Virus record (IMG/VR): IMGVR_UViG_3300009068_000024
Location: 1 to 64,000 of that record
Source of the DNA: a virus
Strand: one strand, 5' to 3'
DNA: 64,000 bases
The translations under genes were made by a program, and so were the position numbers. Positions 1-9,626 of this stretch are shown here, one piece after another. Every line of letters starts with the position of its first letter. Within the stretch, counting starts at the first letter, position 1. The notes below the pieces were generated by a model. That model made no database searches, had not been told where the DNA came from, and was given only the letters and a program-made list of their open reading frames with translations.

Positions 1-3000
1 ACCTTGAATACCTTGAATACCTTGAACGCTAGTGCCTGTAGTACCTTGAATACCTTGAATACCTTGAACGCTAGTGCCTGTAGTACCTTGAATACCTTGA
101 ATAGATGCACCATTTGTACCTTGTAAACCTTGAGTACCTTGAATACCTTGTATGCTTGCACCGGTTGTACCTTGAAATCCTGTTGTACCCTGTGTGCCCG
201 TTGTACCTTGTAGTCCTTGGGTTCCTTGGGCTCCTGTTGTACCCTGTGTGCCAGCGCCTTGAAGCCCTTGTAGTCCTTGAAGCCCTTGTAGTCCAGTTAT
301 GCCTTGGATACCTTGCGAGCCAGTTGTTCCTTGGGCTCCAACTGGACTTATAGAATCAAGTGAGCCGTCACCCTTTACATACTGAGCAGAAGTTCCACCT
401 TGAGTGATGAACTTATCGGCGTTGATTAGCTGAAAATAGTCAATGGAGTTTGTTGTTCCACCGGTGCCCGATGAGGCAACTAAGGTTGAACTTGTCTTAT
501 TGTATACGCAGTTGAGGATTGAGTAGAAGCCGTTCAAAACGACTGGTGCGACATTGTTTAGTGCGGAAGTCAGTAGTTGACAGTTTGCTAAAGTAATCGT
601 ACTTGAGGCAGCCGATGTCACGGCATAGGTCACAGCAGCAGCGACTACAGAATCTACAATACTCAGTGTTCCTGCAGTTAGAACAGGGGCAACGGTGACA
701 GCACTTTTTACAATCACATTGGCACTAGCGTTGTTGACGGTTATGAAGTTTGGGTTACCACCAAAGATGGCAACTACACCAGACCCAGTAATGCTTGCGG
801 CAGCAAGGTCGCACAAACGAAGGACAACGTAGTCAGCGTTGCTACTTTTTGTAAAAGTTCCAGAAACCTCACAGTTAAGAATGTTTACGTTTCCCGTACC
901 AGTGGGCGTAGTGACAGTAAGGTTTGTCATCTTTATGCCCGCAATAGTACAGCCAGTACTTGTGCTTACAGTTCCAGAGATTACGATGTTTCCACCAATA
1001 AGACCAGGTCCAGTTATGGTCGTGTACTGAGTAGTTATTGATGGGCTTTCAGTGTAAGTTCCTGGGTGAACAACAATGGTTTTACGCTGTGAATCTACTA
1101 AAGTCAATGCCTTAGTAATAGAAGCGACTGGGGTTAGTAGGTCACCATTACCGGTGGTGTCATTTCCGTCTACCTGGCTGACGTGGATCTCGTAGTCATA
1201 GCCTGTGAAGGTTGTGCCTTGTACACCTTGAATACCTTGAATACCTTGAATACCCTGAGAACCTATGGTTCCCTGTATACCCTGAACACCCTGAGTACCC
1301 TGAGTTCCTTGTAGACCCTGAGTACCCTGAGTTCCTTGTAGACCCTGAACACCTTGAGTACCTGTAGTACCTTGTAAGCCAGTGGCACCTTGAGTACCTG
1401 TAGTACCTTGAGACCCTGTTAGGCCTTGTAGTCCAGTTAATCCTTGTAGTCCAGTTAATCCTTGGGTACCAGTAGTTCCCTGCAATCCTTGAACACCTTG
1501 AACGCCTTGGTCACCGTTGCCTCTAAACTCAACTACTACCGCACCAGAAGGTATGCTTCCAGAGACGTATGCAACTGGAATCTTGTAGTATCCGGTGCCG
1601 TTAATTATTGACCCGGTAATGTTAAAAATTATTGAGTTGGTGACTGCAGAGGTAAATGATTGAATTATCAGCTGGCCTTTTATAGCTGATGTCGAGTCAT
1701 CAAAGCTGTTGTACCAGGCTGTTTGGTCAGAGGAAGCTAAGTCGTTTTGATCGATGTAGATAAAGGTTGCTAACGAGTCGGTAGCGTTGTTAAATCTCAT
1801 GCTTCCGCTGCCGGGGTCGCCATCAGTAGTAGTAGCGCTTAAGGTATAGCGGACTCCGCCTCGAGCTCCTGTGGCGCTAATTCCCTGGATACCTTGCGTA
1901 CCTTGAGTACCTTGTACTCCTTGATTACCTTGAATACCCTGAGTACCTTGTACTCCTTGATTACCTTGGATACCTTGAGTACCTTGAGTTCCTGTTCCAG
2001 TTGTTCCCTGTAAACCTTGGATCCCTTGTATGCCTTGAATTCCCTGAATACCCTGCAACTGAGCGTAACCTAGCCCCTGTATACCTTGTAATCCTTGGAT
2101 TCCTTGTGCGCCTTGAATACCTTGGATACCTTGTAGACCAGTATTTCCCACAGCAACAATAATAAATATAAGTGAATGATTGCTTGCAAAGTTTGTTGTA
2201 CCAGTACCAGCACTATCCAAAAGAGTTACTGGAAAATTATCCCAAGTAGCGTTATAAGTTGGGGTTCCATTGACTTCCCATTTCTGGTAATTAGCCGAGT
2301 TGTTTTGATCCTGGATGATAAGGATGTCGCCTTGGTTGATTAGATCTAGGAATATGCTGTCGTCTTGGTTATCTGCGTCAATATGGCTTACTCGAAGAGC
2401 TGTAGAACTTATTTGAGTTGTGTTATTCCAACCTAATTGGTTATTAGTCGGGTCTCCCGAAATTGTGTTAGTTCTAGCGTTATAGTGGTAATGAGACGCT
2501 GAACCACCAGTAGGACCTGTCTCACCAGTAACGCCTTGGATACCTTGAATACCTTGTAAGCCAGTAGTACCTTGAGTACCTTGAGCAGCGATTTGTCCTT
2601 GAATACCTTGTAAACCTTGAACTCCTTGAACTCCTTGGATACCTTGTATCCCTTGTAAACCTTGAAGGCCTTGTGCTCCAGTTATGCCTTGTGTACCAGT
2701 TGTTCCTTGTGATCCTGTTGTACCTTGGTTGCCTTGAGTTCCCTGTACACCTTGCGTACCTTGCGCACCAGTCGTACCTTGCGTACCTTGCGCACCAGTC
2801 GTACCCTGATTGCCCTGAATGCCTTGTGTACCTTGTGTACCTTGTGTACCTGTCGCACCCTGTGTGCCTTGTATTCCCTGTGTACCTTGAAGTTGGGCAT
2901 ATCCAAAACCTTGTGTACCTTGTGTACCTTGTACGCCTTGTGTACCTTGTAGACCTTGAAAACCGGTAATGCCTTGTGTTCCCTGAGAACCTGTTGTTCC

Positions 3001-3492
3001 CTGAGAACCTGTTGTTCCCTGAGAACCTGTTGTTCCCTGAGAACCTGTTGTTCCCTGAGAACCTGTTGTTCCCTGAATTCCTTGTACGCCTTGTGCACCT
3101 ATTGTGCCTTGAGCACCTATTAATCCTTGAAGACCAGTTAATCCCTGAACTCCCTGAATTCCCTGAATTCCTTGAGTACCCTGTCTGCCTTGGATACCTT
3201 GAGTTCCTTGTACACCTTGAATACCTTGAATACCCTGAGAACCTATGGTTCCCTGTATACCCTGAACACCCTGAGTACCCTGAGTTCCTTGTAGTTGGGC
3301 ATATCCAAAACCTTGTAGTCCTTGGGTTCCTTGTGTACCTTGTACACCCTGAATACCTTGTAATCCAGTAGCACCTTGCGATCCAACAGTGGAAACAATT
3401 ACTTTATTTTCTTCATCTTGAATAATTATGTTATTTACATCTGAAGAGCTGATTATTACTTTATTTGGGAGATCTTCATATATTGGAGACAT
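1..3492 (-). CDS. Collagen-like (Gly-X-Y) tail/whisker fibre protein, partial (runs off left edge, >1160 aa)
   Basis: ATG at 3492 overlaps TAA of the upstream gene (TAATG). The frame reads [14 protein letters not shown] repeats down to base 1 and is absent from the ORF track because no stop is reached. Globular inserts at ~345-1215 (beta-helix-like start [15 protein letters not shown]...VHPGTY), ~1520-1860 and ~2150-2510. Confidence 0.9.
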   Translation of the reverse strand, partial: MSPIYEDLPNKVIISSSDVNNIIIQDEENKVIVSTVGSQGATGLQGIQGVQGTQGTQGLQGFGYAQLQGTQGTQGVQGIQGTIGSQGIQGIQGVQGTQGIQGRQGTQGIQGIQGVQGLTGLQGLIGAQGTIGAQGVQGIQGTTGSQGTTGSQGTTGSQGTTGSQGTTGSQGTQGITGFQGLQGTQGVQGTQGTQGFGYAQLQGTQGIQGTQGATGTQGTQGTQGIQGNQGTTGAQGTQGTTGAQGTQGVQGTQGNQGTTGSQGTTGTQGITGAQGLQGLQGIQGIQGVQGVQGLQGIQGQIAAQGTQGTTGLQGIQGIQGVTGETGPTGGSASHYHYNARTNTISGDPTNNQLGWNNTTQISSTALRVSHIDADNQDDSIFLDLINQGDILIIQDQNNSANYQKWEVNGTPTYNATWDNFPVTLLDSAGTGTTNFASNHSLIFIIVAVGNTGLQGIQGIQGAQGIQGLQGIQGLGYAQLQGIQGIQGIQGIQGLQGTTGTGTQGTQGIQGNQGVQGTQGIQGNQGVQGTQGTQGIQGISATGARGGVRYTLSATTTDGDPGSGSMRFNNATDSLATFIYIDQNDLASSDQTAWYNSFDDSTSAIKGQLIIQSFTSAVTNSIIFNITGSIINGTGYYKIPVAYVSGSIPSGAVVVEFRGNGDQGVQGVQGLQGTTGTQGLTGLQGLTGLQGLTGSQGTTGTQGATGLQGTTGTQGVQGLQGTQGTQGLQGTQGTQGVQGIQGTIGSQGIQGIQGIQGVQGTTFTGYDYEIHVSQVDGNDTTGNGDLLTPVASITKALTLVDSQRKTIVVHPGTYTESPSITTQYTTITGPGLIGGNIVISGTVSTSTGCTIAGIKMTNLTVTTPTGTGNVNILNCEVSGTFTKSSNADYVVLRLCDLAAASITGSGVVAIFGGNPNFITVNNASANVIVKSAVTVAPVLTAGTLSIVDSVVAAAVTYAVTSAASSTITLANCQLLTSALNNVAPVVLNGFYSILNCVYNKTSSTLVASSGTGGTTNSIDYFQLINADKFITQGGTSAQYVKGDGSLDSISPVGAQGTTGSQGIQGITGLQGLQGLQGLQGAGTQGTTGAQGTQGLQGTTGTQGTTGFQGTTGASIQGIQGTQGLQGTNGASIQGIQGTTGTSVQGIQGIQGTTGTSVQGIQGIQG
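2981..3070. repeat. 5 x 18-bp tandem repeat CCCTGAGAACCTGTTGTT (codes GTTGSQ in the collagen gene)
   Basis: Directly visible perfect tandem copies. Confidence 0.95.
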
Positions 3493-3854
3493 TATCTAGT
3501 CACCTGAGCTTTTACTTTAAAATTCCCCTCTACAATGGTAGTCTTCTGTCCTCCTCCAGAAATTAGCTCAAGATCATAAACATACTGTCCGGCATTAACC
3601 ATTGACATATTAGCTGCTGGAACATTTAAAGTTACTGTACCGGCTGATCCGCCTAAAACTATGTAACCATTTGAAGTACTGAGTTCAATAACTACAGTAT
3701 CCGAGGTAGCAGAAGTTCTTACTTGCATTTTTGCAGTATATCCATTTAAATTATAGGGAACTTTGGCATTATTAGTCCAAGTAAGAACTCTTGAAAAAGT
3801 GTCTCCTTGTGTAGTGGTAATGTTGTAAGTTCCAGAAGATCCGCAACAGCTCAT
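3492..3854 (-). CDS. Virion structural protein, Ig-like/BppU-like fold
   Basis: YNIT..QGDTF..LTW...[13 protein letters not shown]...YVYDLEL pattern typical of phage fibre-associated proteins; translationally coupled to the fibre gene. Confidence 0.65.
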   Translation of the reverse strand: MSCCGSSGTYNITTTQGDTFSRVLTWTNNAKVPYNLNGYTAKMQVRTSATSDTVVIELSTSNGYIVLGGSAGTVTLNVPAANMSMVNAGQYVYDLELISGGGQKTTIVEGNFKVKAQVTR

Positions 3855-3950
3855 TGGAATTCCTTAAATTATAAGTTGTCCTATAATTTTACCTTATTTA
3901 ATCTGGTACTATTAGCCTATATAATATATTTTAAATTTGAAAGTAGTTAA

Positions 3951-4178
3951 ATGTTTGGTATTGACGTACTTGAACGAACTGATGTCTCTGATACTGATAA
4001 TTCAGAGGATTTTGCTCATTACGCAGAAGCTGCCAAAGTTACAGAGGGGTATATCATGGGAACTCCTGTAATAGCCCTATGCGGAATAGAGTTTGTACCC
4101 CATAGAGACCCTTTAAAATTAAGGGTATGTCCGATTTGCAAGCAGATCGTAGATGCACTATATTTAAATCACGACTAA
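3951..4178 (+). CDS. DUF3039 family protein (actinobacterial)
   Basis: HYA...V.EG..MGTPV.ALCG..FVP.RDP...VCPICK signature. Confidence 0.85.
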   Translation: MFGIDVLERTDVSDTDNSEDFAHYAEAAKVTEGYIMGTPVIALCGIEFVPHRDPLKLRVCPICKQIVDALYLNHD

Positions 4179-4251
4179 TACTCCTAATTCTTTTTATGGG
4201 GTATACTAGTAAAACATTAAATACTCCCCGAAGAAGAAGGTATAACTATAT

Positions 4252-6294
4252 ATGTTCTCATTTAAATTAAATGAAGAGTTCGTAGCGGAGTACAAGCAAA
4301 GAGAATCTCCTTTCGGTTACAAAGATGCCGCTGGCAACTCTGTAGGCGAGATTACATTCTTGCGCACGTACTCACGCAAAAAAGAAGATGGCACTAAGGA
4401 AACTTGGGCCGAAGTATGTGAGCGTGTTACTAACGGCACTTACTCAATCCAGAAAGACCACGCAAAGCAGAACCGCTTGCCATGGTCTGACGCTAAGGCT
4501 GCTGCCTCAGCTAAGGAGTTTTTTGACTCCCTATTTAACCTTAAGTGGTCTCCACCGGGACGTGGTCTCTGGGTCATGGGAACTCCAATTGTAAATATTC
4601 AAAAGAACTCGGCTGCTCTGCAGAACTGTGCTTTTGTTTCTACTTTAGAAATGACTAAGCAAAATCCAGCTAAACCTTTTGCGTTCCTTATGGAAGCATC
4701 GATGCTGGGTGTTGGCGTTGGTTTTGATGATAAGGGTGCTGATAAAGGCTTTGAGATCTACATTCCTGGTGAGTCTCAGGGTGCTTATGTTATCCCGGAC
4801 ACTCGTGAAGGTTGGCAGGAAAGCACTGTTGCTCTAATCAACTCATACCTAAAGCCAGAGCAAGCAAGCCTAGAGTTTGACTACAGCGAGATTCGTCCCT
4901 ATGGCACTCCTATTGCTACCTTTGGTGGTACTGCATCTGGTCCAGATCCTTTGATTTCTTTGCATGACAAGATTCGTGAGATCTTCAATGGACGTGCTGG
5001 CGAGCTTCTAACTACAGTTGATATTGCTGATATTGGAAACTTAATTGGTCGCTGTGTTGTATCTGGAAACGTTCGTCGTTCGGCTGAGCTTCTAATCGGT
5101 CGCATTGAAAATGATAACTTCCTAAACCTAAAGAATGCTGAGCAGTTCCCTGCTCGTAACTCTTACGACTCAGAGAATCCAGGTTGGGGTTGGATGTCTA
5201 ATAACTCAGTCATGGTTAACGTTGGGACTGACTTCTCAAAGATTATCGATGGAATTACCCTCAATGGTGAGCCAGGGGTTATTTGGGAAGACATTTCAAA
5301 GGCATATGGTCGTTTGGGAGATCCAATCAACAACAAGGATCACCGAATCATGGGCTACAACCCTTGTGCAGAGCAGTCTTTGGAGAGCTACGAAATGTGT
5401 ACTCTTGTTGAGACCTACCTAAACCGCCACGAGAGCAAGGAAGACTATCTTCGTACTTTGAAGTTTGCCTACCTATACGCTAAGACTGTAACTCTTCTAC
5501 CTACCCACTGGGAAGAGACCAACGCAATCATGCAGAGAAACCGTCGTATCGGAACTTCGATGTCTGGTATTGCTAACTTTGCTGACCGCAAGGGTCTTCC
5601 AGAGCTTCGTACTTGGATGGACGAGGGCTACGCAGTAGTAAAGAAGTATGACGTTACTTACTCTGAGTGGCTAGGTATCCGTGAGTCAATCAAAACCACA
5701 ACTGTAAAGCCATCAGGTACTGTATCTATCTTGGCTGGTGAGAGCCCAGGTGTTCACTGGACTCCAGGTGGTAAGTTCTTCAACCGTGCTATTCGTTTTG
5801 GAAACGATGACCCAATGTTGGCTCTATTTAAAATGGCTAACTACACGGTTGAGCCGGACGTATCTAATCCAGATCACACAACGGTTGTTTACTTTCCGAT
5901 TAAGTCTCTTGCAGAACGTGCAGAACGAGATGTAACTATCTTTGAGAAGATGGCACTTGCTGCTACTGCTCAGCGTTACTGGTCAGACAACTCTGTATCT
6001 GTGACTATCTCGTTTGACCCTGACACTGAATCACGCCACATTGAATCAGTGTTGCATATGTATGATGGTCAACTTAAGACTGTATCATTTTTGCCTTCAG
6101 GCAATATGACCTATCCTCAGATGCCGTATACACAGATCACTGAGGAGGAGTACTTAGCTGCAACTGAAAAGCTATTTCCTATCTCTCTTGACGGTATCTA
6201 CCGGGGTATGGGTCTAGAGGCCATCGGTGATGCCTACTGCACCACAGACGCCTGTGAGGTTAAGCTGATTACTGAAAATCTAAAAGATAAATAG
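4252..6294 (+). CDS. nrdJ: Class II (adenosylcobalamin-dependent) ribonucleotide reductase
   Basis: PPGRGLW, LQNC, VVSGNVRRSA, NPCAEQ.L, TTVKPSGT motifs and C-terminal CTTDAC redox pair. Confidence 0.95.
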   Translation: MFSFKLNEEFVAEYKQRESPFGYKDAAGNSVGEITFLRTYSRKKEDGTKETWAEVCERVTNGTYSIQKDHAKQNRLPWSDAKAAASAKEFFDSLFNLKWSPPGRGLWVMGTPIVNIQKNSAALQNCAFVSTLEMTKQNPAKPFAFLMEASMLGVGVGFDDKGADKGFEIYIPGESQGAYVIPDTREGWQESTVALINSYLKPEQASLEFDYSEIRPYGTPIATFGGTASGPDPLISLHDKIREIFNGRAGELLTTVDIADIGNLIGRCVVSGNVRRSAELLIGRIENDNFLNLKNAEQFPARNSYDSENPGWGWMSNNSVMVNVGTDFSKIIDGITLNGEPGVIWEDISKAYGRLGDPINNKDHRIMGYNPCAEQSLESYEMCTLVETYLNRHESKEDYLRTLKFAYLYAKTVTLLPTHWEETNAIMQRNRRIGTSMSGIANFADRKGLPELRTWMDEGYAVVKKYDVTYSEWLGIRESIKTTTVKPSGTVSILAGESPGVHWTPGGKFFNRAIRFGNDDPMLALFKMANYTVEPDVSNPDHTTVVYFPIKSLAERAERDVTIFEKMALAATAQRYWSDNSVSVTISFDPDTESRHIESVLHMYDGQLKTVSFLPSGNMTYPQMPYTQITEEEYLAATEKLFPISLDGIYRGMGLEAIGDAYCTTDACEVKLITENLKDK

Positions 6295-6305
6295 CTCTAA
6301 ATAGA

Positions 6306-6333
6306 AAGGCCGTCCTTCGGGACGGCTTTTTTA
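6306..6333 (+). terminator. Rho-independent terminator
   Basis: GCCGTCC-TTCG-GGACGGC followed by a T run. Confidence 0.9.
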
Positions 6334-6353
6334 TTATGCTATACAATTGCTTT

Positions 6354-6557
6354 ATGGCTACTTATGATTACAAGTGCTCGGAGCACCCAGAAGACAAAGA
6401 ACACAGATACTCTGAAGATCGGAGTATGAATGATCCATCCCCTCAGGATTTGATTTGCAAATTTGAAGGGTGTGATGCTAAGCTAATACGTATATTCACT
6501 GCCCCTCCTATTCAGTTTAAGGGGGGTGGGTATAGTACCTCTAAACCTTGGCGATAA
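6354..6557 (+). CDS. FmdB-family zinc-ribbon regulatory protein
   Basis: MATYDYKC...C...C...L.RIF.AP.I.FKG.G pattern; ATG just after a TACAAT -10 (leaderless). Confidence 0.8.
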   Translation: MATYDYKCSEHPEDKEHRYSEDRSMNDPSPQDLICKFEGCDAKLIRIFTAPPIQFKGGGYSTSKPWR

Positions 6558-6569
6558 GCCAGAAAGATA

Positions 6570-6890
6570 ATGACGCACATGGAAGACATCATACCTAAGG
6601 ATTACCCTGATTTTTTTAAGGAGGGAGACCCACCATGCTCTACTACAGATCCAGAAGCTTTTTTTCCTCAGGATATAGAGGGATATAGGGCCGCTCAATA
6701 CTATAATGAAGCTGGAGCAAAAAGTGTTTGTAGGGAATGCCCGTACATGATTGAATGTTTAACTTATGCTGTTAAATATGATGAGATGGGTATTTGGGGT
6801 GGAACTACTGAAGGTCAGAGGAGACAAATTCGTAGAAGTTTAAATGCGGGTAAATCCATCGAAGAAATAGCGGTTAGAATAAAGCGGTAA
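6570..6890 (+). CDS. whiB: WhiB-family Fe-S transcription factor
   Basis: C..TDPEAFFP...AKSVCRECP...EC...GIWGG with four Cys. Confidence 0.95.
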   Translation: MTHMEDIIPKDYPDFFKEGDPPCSTTDPEAFFPQDIEGYRAAQYYNEAGAKSVCRECPYMIECLTYAVKYDEMGIWGGTTEGQRRQIRRSLNAGKSIEEIAVRIKR

Positions 6891-6947
6891 ACTGGGTATA
6901 GGCCTGGGAGAGAGGTTAATTTAACCCTACTATCCCCGGGAGATCCC

Positions 6948-7211
6948 ATGAAAACAGCTTTAATTATTCTTAAGAGAACTATTGCTCTTGTAATTTTAAA
7001 AGTCAGTAGTGTTCTTGCTGCTGGTAGCATTGCTGGTATTGAACTTTGGAAGTCTTCACTTGTAGCTGCATTTGTTGGAGTTGCAGAAGTAGCTGAGTCT
7101 TTGGCTCGTGCTTACGTCGTAGACGGAAAACTTGACAATGATGAAATCAACGTTGCTTTTGCTAGCTCTGCTGAGGCAGCTTTGGCTGAAACTAAAAAAG
7201 TTAATAAATAA
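6948..7211 (+). CDS. Small membrane protein (holin-like), paralog of 19095..19388
   Basis: Two hydrophobic segments; shared DGKL..EIN.AF motif. Confidence 0.6.
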   Translation: MKTALIILKRTIALVILKVSSVLAAGSIAGIELWKSSLVAAFVGVAEVAESLARAYVVDGKLDNDEINVAFASSAEAALAETKKVNK

Positions 7212-7217
7212 CTAAAT

Positions 7218-7251
7218 AAAAAGCCCCCGGTATTCAGCCGGGGGTTTTTTG
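7218..7251. terminator. Bidirectional terminator
   Basis: A run, GCCCCCGG..CCGGGGGT stem, T run, between convergent genes. Confidence 0.85.
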
Positions 7252-7713
7252 TTAAACAATTTCTTTTTGTTTTATTTTTGTTTTTGCCACTGCATAATAG
7301 AGCGGATTAGCTGAACTTAACCCCATAGCTTTAGCGATCTTACTCAGGGATATACCGTTATCTTCATACTGAACCCTGATAGTTTCGTGGTAATTTTCAA
7401 CATCTCCTGTTCCCTTAGCAAAAAGAATAGATGTGACTGCTGAGCTAATCTCTTCTGCAGTAGCTTTGCTACGAGTTCTTTTGTCTTTTGGTCTTATGTC
7501 ATCAGTTAAAATTCTTCTGCGCAATCCGGCATAAGTTACTCCAAGGGCATCTGCTAGTTTTAACAGACTTCCACCTTTTGAATAGTATTCAATAGCTAGA
7601 CGGGTATATTCCCGGCTTGCATCGTGTTGAACTGAAACTGTATCTCTTGATCCATAAGCTTTACGGGCTAGGGGTAGTAGTGGACGCATTAGATCTGCGT
7701 ATTCTTCTGTCAT
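7252..7713 (-). CDS. Double HTH DNA-binding protein, related to 52941..53447
   Basis: SLLKLADALGVTY and SLSKIAKAMGLS helix-turn-helix segments. Confidence 0.6.
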   Translation of the reverse strand: MTEEYADLMRPLLPLARKAYGSRDTVSVQHDASREYTRLAIEYYSKGGSLLKLADALGVTYAGLRRRILTDDIRPKDKRTRSKATAEEISSAVTSILFAKGTGDVENYHETIRVQYEDNGISLSKIAKAMGLSSANPLYYAVAKTKIKQKEIV

Positions 7714-7810
7714 TTGTCTTCCTTAGTTATGTATTCATTATTGAATAAAATTATTATATACACGTGTTGATCTACATGTCAAATTAAAATGTGTTATTAT
7801 TTTTATACAT

Positions 7811-7884
7811 CGCGGGGTAGAGCAGTTCGGTAGCTCGCTAGCGTCATAAGCTAGAGGTCGTAGGTTCAAATCCTGCCCCCGCAA
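7811..7884 (+). tRNA. tRNA-Met(CAT), initiator-type body with altered anticodon arm
   Basis: CGCGGGG acceptor with C1:A72 mismatch, AGCAGTTCGGTAGCTC D arm, CAT anticodon, GGTTCAAATCC T arm; CCA not encoded. Confidence 0.93.
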
Positions 7885-7910
7885 CGCAGTAACGACAATA
7901 GGAGAATGAC

Positions 7911-8045
7911 ATGGCAAAAGGTAAACCTGGTGGAAAGCCGGTACCAGAAGTAAAAAGTTCTGGAAGACAGAACGGTAAGGCATTTAAAAAGCGTCCTAAG
8001 ATCTTTGATAAGATTAAACGTAAGCTAGTAAATATAACTAAATAG
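7911..8045 (+). CDS. 44-aa highly basic peptide (MAKGKPGGKP...)
   Basis: GGAG RBS, ATG to TAG, lies between tRNA and tmRNA. Confidence 0.6.
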   Translation: MAKGKPGGKPVPEVKSSGRQNGKAFKKRPKIFDKIKRKLVNITK

Positions 8046-8052
8046 TGAACAA

Positions 8053-8348
8053 GGGGATGACTGGTTTCGACAGTTATTCTGAAGTTGGTGAAGCAAGCAG
8101 AGATGACAGTATCTCTTGAATCTGTCAAAACAATAAATGCTAATACATCTGCATACGCTCTAGCCGCGTGATTTAATCGCAACGCTTAGGCCCCTGACAA
8201 AGCACTAGTTCTAGGTGGGCAGTCAGGTTTTAAATAAATAGAACAAACCCTCTCGTAATACCCTGCAGTACCGTGGCTGGTAAAGCCTAAGCTTGTAGAA
8301 GAACAATTGATCCATAGCTGGACCGGGGTTCGACTCCCCGCATCTCCA
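8053..8348 (+). ncRNA. ssrA: tmRNA, tag peptide ANTSAYALAA
   Basis: 5' GGGGATGA..GGTTTCGAC, 3' T arm CGGGGTTCGACTCCCCG-CATCTCCA; resume context ATAAAT-GCT, tag ORF 8139-8171 ending YALAA-stop. Confidence 0.95.
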
Positions 8349-8406
8349 CGCTTGTAGACAAAGGAGCGTAAAGCGGTCTACCCGTCCTAGGCAACGGAAT
8401 CTCCAA

Positions 8407-8478
8407 GGACTGGCGTAGCCAAGGTGCTACGAGTCGATTCGGTAAGTAGTAGTCGGTAGTGCAAATCTACACAGTCCA
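8407..8478 (+). ncRNA. tRNA-like element (acceptor stem + T arm, atypical body)
   Basis: GGACTG/CAGTCC-A ends, GTAG-TGCAAAT-CTAC T arm, CGTAGC/GCTACG hairpin; no canonical anticodon arm. Confidence 0.5.
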
Positions 8479-8500
8479 CGGATTAGATAAGGAGTAAGTA

Positions 8501-8692
8501 ATGGCTGGTGGCTTCATGAATCCTTACCCAGACCCCATTCCAGACGATTCACATCATAGGGAGAAGTATTGGACTGGTTGGCTTGGCTGGAGGAATGAAT
8601 GGAAGAGTTGTTTACTTCTAGTAGGTGGGCTTACTCTTTTTGGCTTGGTATTAATTGGGGCAATAGTTCTAGTAAACTACTTATACTCTTAA
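8501..8692 (+). CDS. Small membrane protein
   Basis: AGGAG RBS; C-terminal hydrophobic helix. Confidence 0.65.
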   Translation: MAGGFMNPYPDPIPDDSHHREKYWTGWLGWRNEWKSCLLLVGGLTLFGLVLIGAIVLVNYLYS

Positions 8693-8697
8693 ATAAC

Positions 8698-8812
8698 TAG
8701 AGGCTCTTTACTGCTGAGTCCACAAGACCAACCAGCAGAGCGAAAGCTTGAGACGACTCGAAAGAGTGGGAACCTCTGAAGCCAAGGTCCAAACTTGGTG
8801 GAAGTCAGTACT
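8698..8812 (+). ncRNA. Putative multibranch structured RNA
   Basis: Intergenic; CTGCTG/CAGCAG, AGC-GAAA-GCT, ACTC-GAAA-GAGT, GCCAAG/CTTGGT stems enclosed by TAGAGG/CCTCTG. Confidence 0.5.
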
Positions 8813-8845
8813 AGGTCAGCCAAACTTTTATGTTAGTATTTTTCT

Positions 8846-9187
8846 ATGAGTAAAAGTATTGAGCACAGAGTCTGGGAGATTGTTTCTACAGATGAAGATC
8901 TTTTAGAGAAAGAATTCTCGACGGAGTCTTTAGATGCGCAGCGTGATGCTGTTAGGTATGCTCTAGAACTTTGGATGAAGTTTAATGATCTTCAGCTTCA
9001 TTTTCATCACACCTATAACACAATCAGGTCTTCTGCAAATCAGTCAGATGATTTTAAAAAAGAATATTATAGTTTGATAGCTTCGCATCCTGAAAAGGAA
9101 GCTTTAGATCTTCTTTTTAAAAATGAAGAAATTGATAATTTAATATGGAAAAAACTTGAACCTAAATCAAGTTTTGATATAGAATAA
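8846..9187 (+). CDS. Hypothetical protein resembling the C-terminal helical domain of phage RNA ligase 1
   Basis: KKEY..LIASHP.K..L.LL..N..I...IWKKLEP ending; no ligase catalytic core. Confidence 0.4.
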   Translation: MSKSIEHRVWEIVSTDEDLLEKEFSTESLDAQRDAVRYALELWMKFNDLQLHFHHTYNTIRSSANQSDDFKKEYYSLIASHPEKEALDLLFKNEEIDNLIWKKLEPKSSFDIE

Positions 9188-9306
9188 AGAACTACCCTGA
9201 TATTAGGTAAATTTAATAGTCAGTAGTAGAGGTTATTGATTTGGTTGCAAACAAATCTTTTACTGAAGCTTGATCGTGCTGGATGGTTGGAGAAGAGGTT
9301 CCAGTG

Positions 9307-9404
9307 AGGCTGAATGGGGATGCCCGTCTAATCTCCCTCGGGAGTGTGTCCTTCTATGGTAATAGAAGTTCGGATGGTGGTTGGTTCGAGACCAACGCAG
9401 TCTG
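9307..9404 (+). ncRNA. Second tRNA-like element
   Basis: AGGCTG/CAGTCT ends, GTTGG-TTCGAGA-CCAAC T arm, three internal hairpins. Confidence 0.45.
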
Positions 9405-9437
9405 CGGAAGTACTATTAAAGATCTTTGGAGGTTTGT

Positions 9438-9626
9438 ATGAGCATTGAATCTTATAATCATGGTAAAAGAGATGGTTTTGATGAAGCCTGTAAAAAGATC
9501 CTAGATTGGATCGAAGAAAACAGGACTGGTATGGAACTAAGTGATGACGTTACTATGTATAGAGATCACTTTAGAAGTGAACATATAATCGAGTTTATTA
9601 ACTCTTTAAGATCTACTGAGGAGTAG
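9438..9626 (+). CDS. Hypothetical protein
   Basis: GGAGG RBS before ATG (MSIESY). Confidence 0.6.
   Translation: MSIESYNHGKRDGFDEACKKILDWIEENRTGMELSDDVTMYRDHFRSEHIIEFINSLRSTEE

Noticed and set aside
105-3371. ORF-track entries with LEYL/EQQVLR/PENLLF repeats
   Set aside because: Shadow frames of the collagen gene repeats
4252-6294. Intein or intron in nrdJ (also checked terL)
   Set aside because: Both have normal length and continuous motifs
8711-8733. CTGCTGAGTC..GACCAA resembling a hammerhead ribozyme core
   Set aside because: The invariant CUGAnGA and GAAA residues are not matched, and CTGCTG pairs better with CAGCAG
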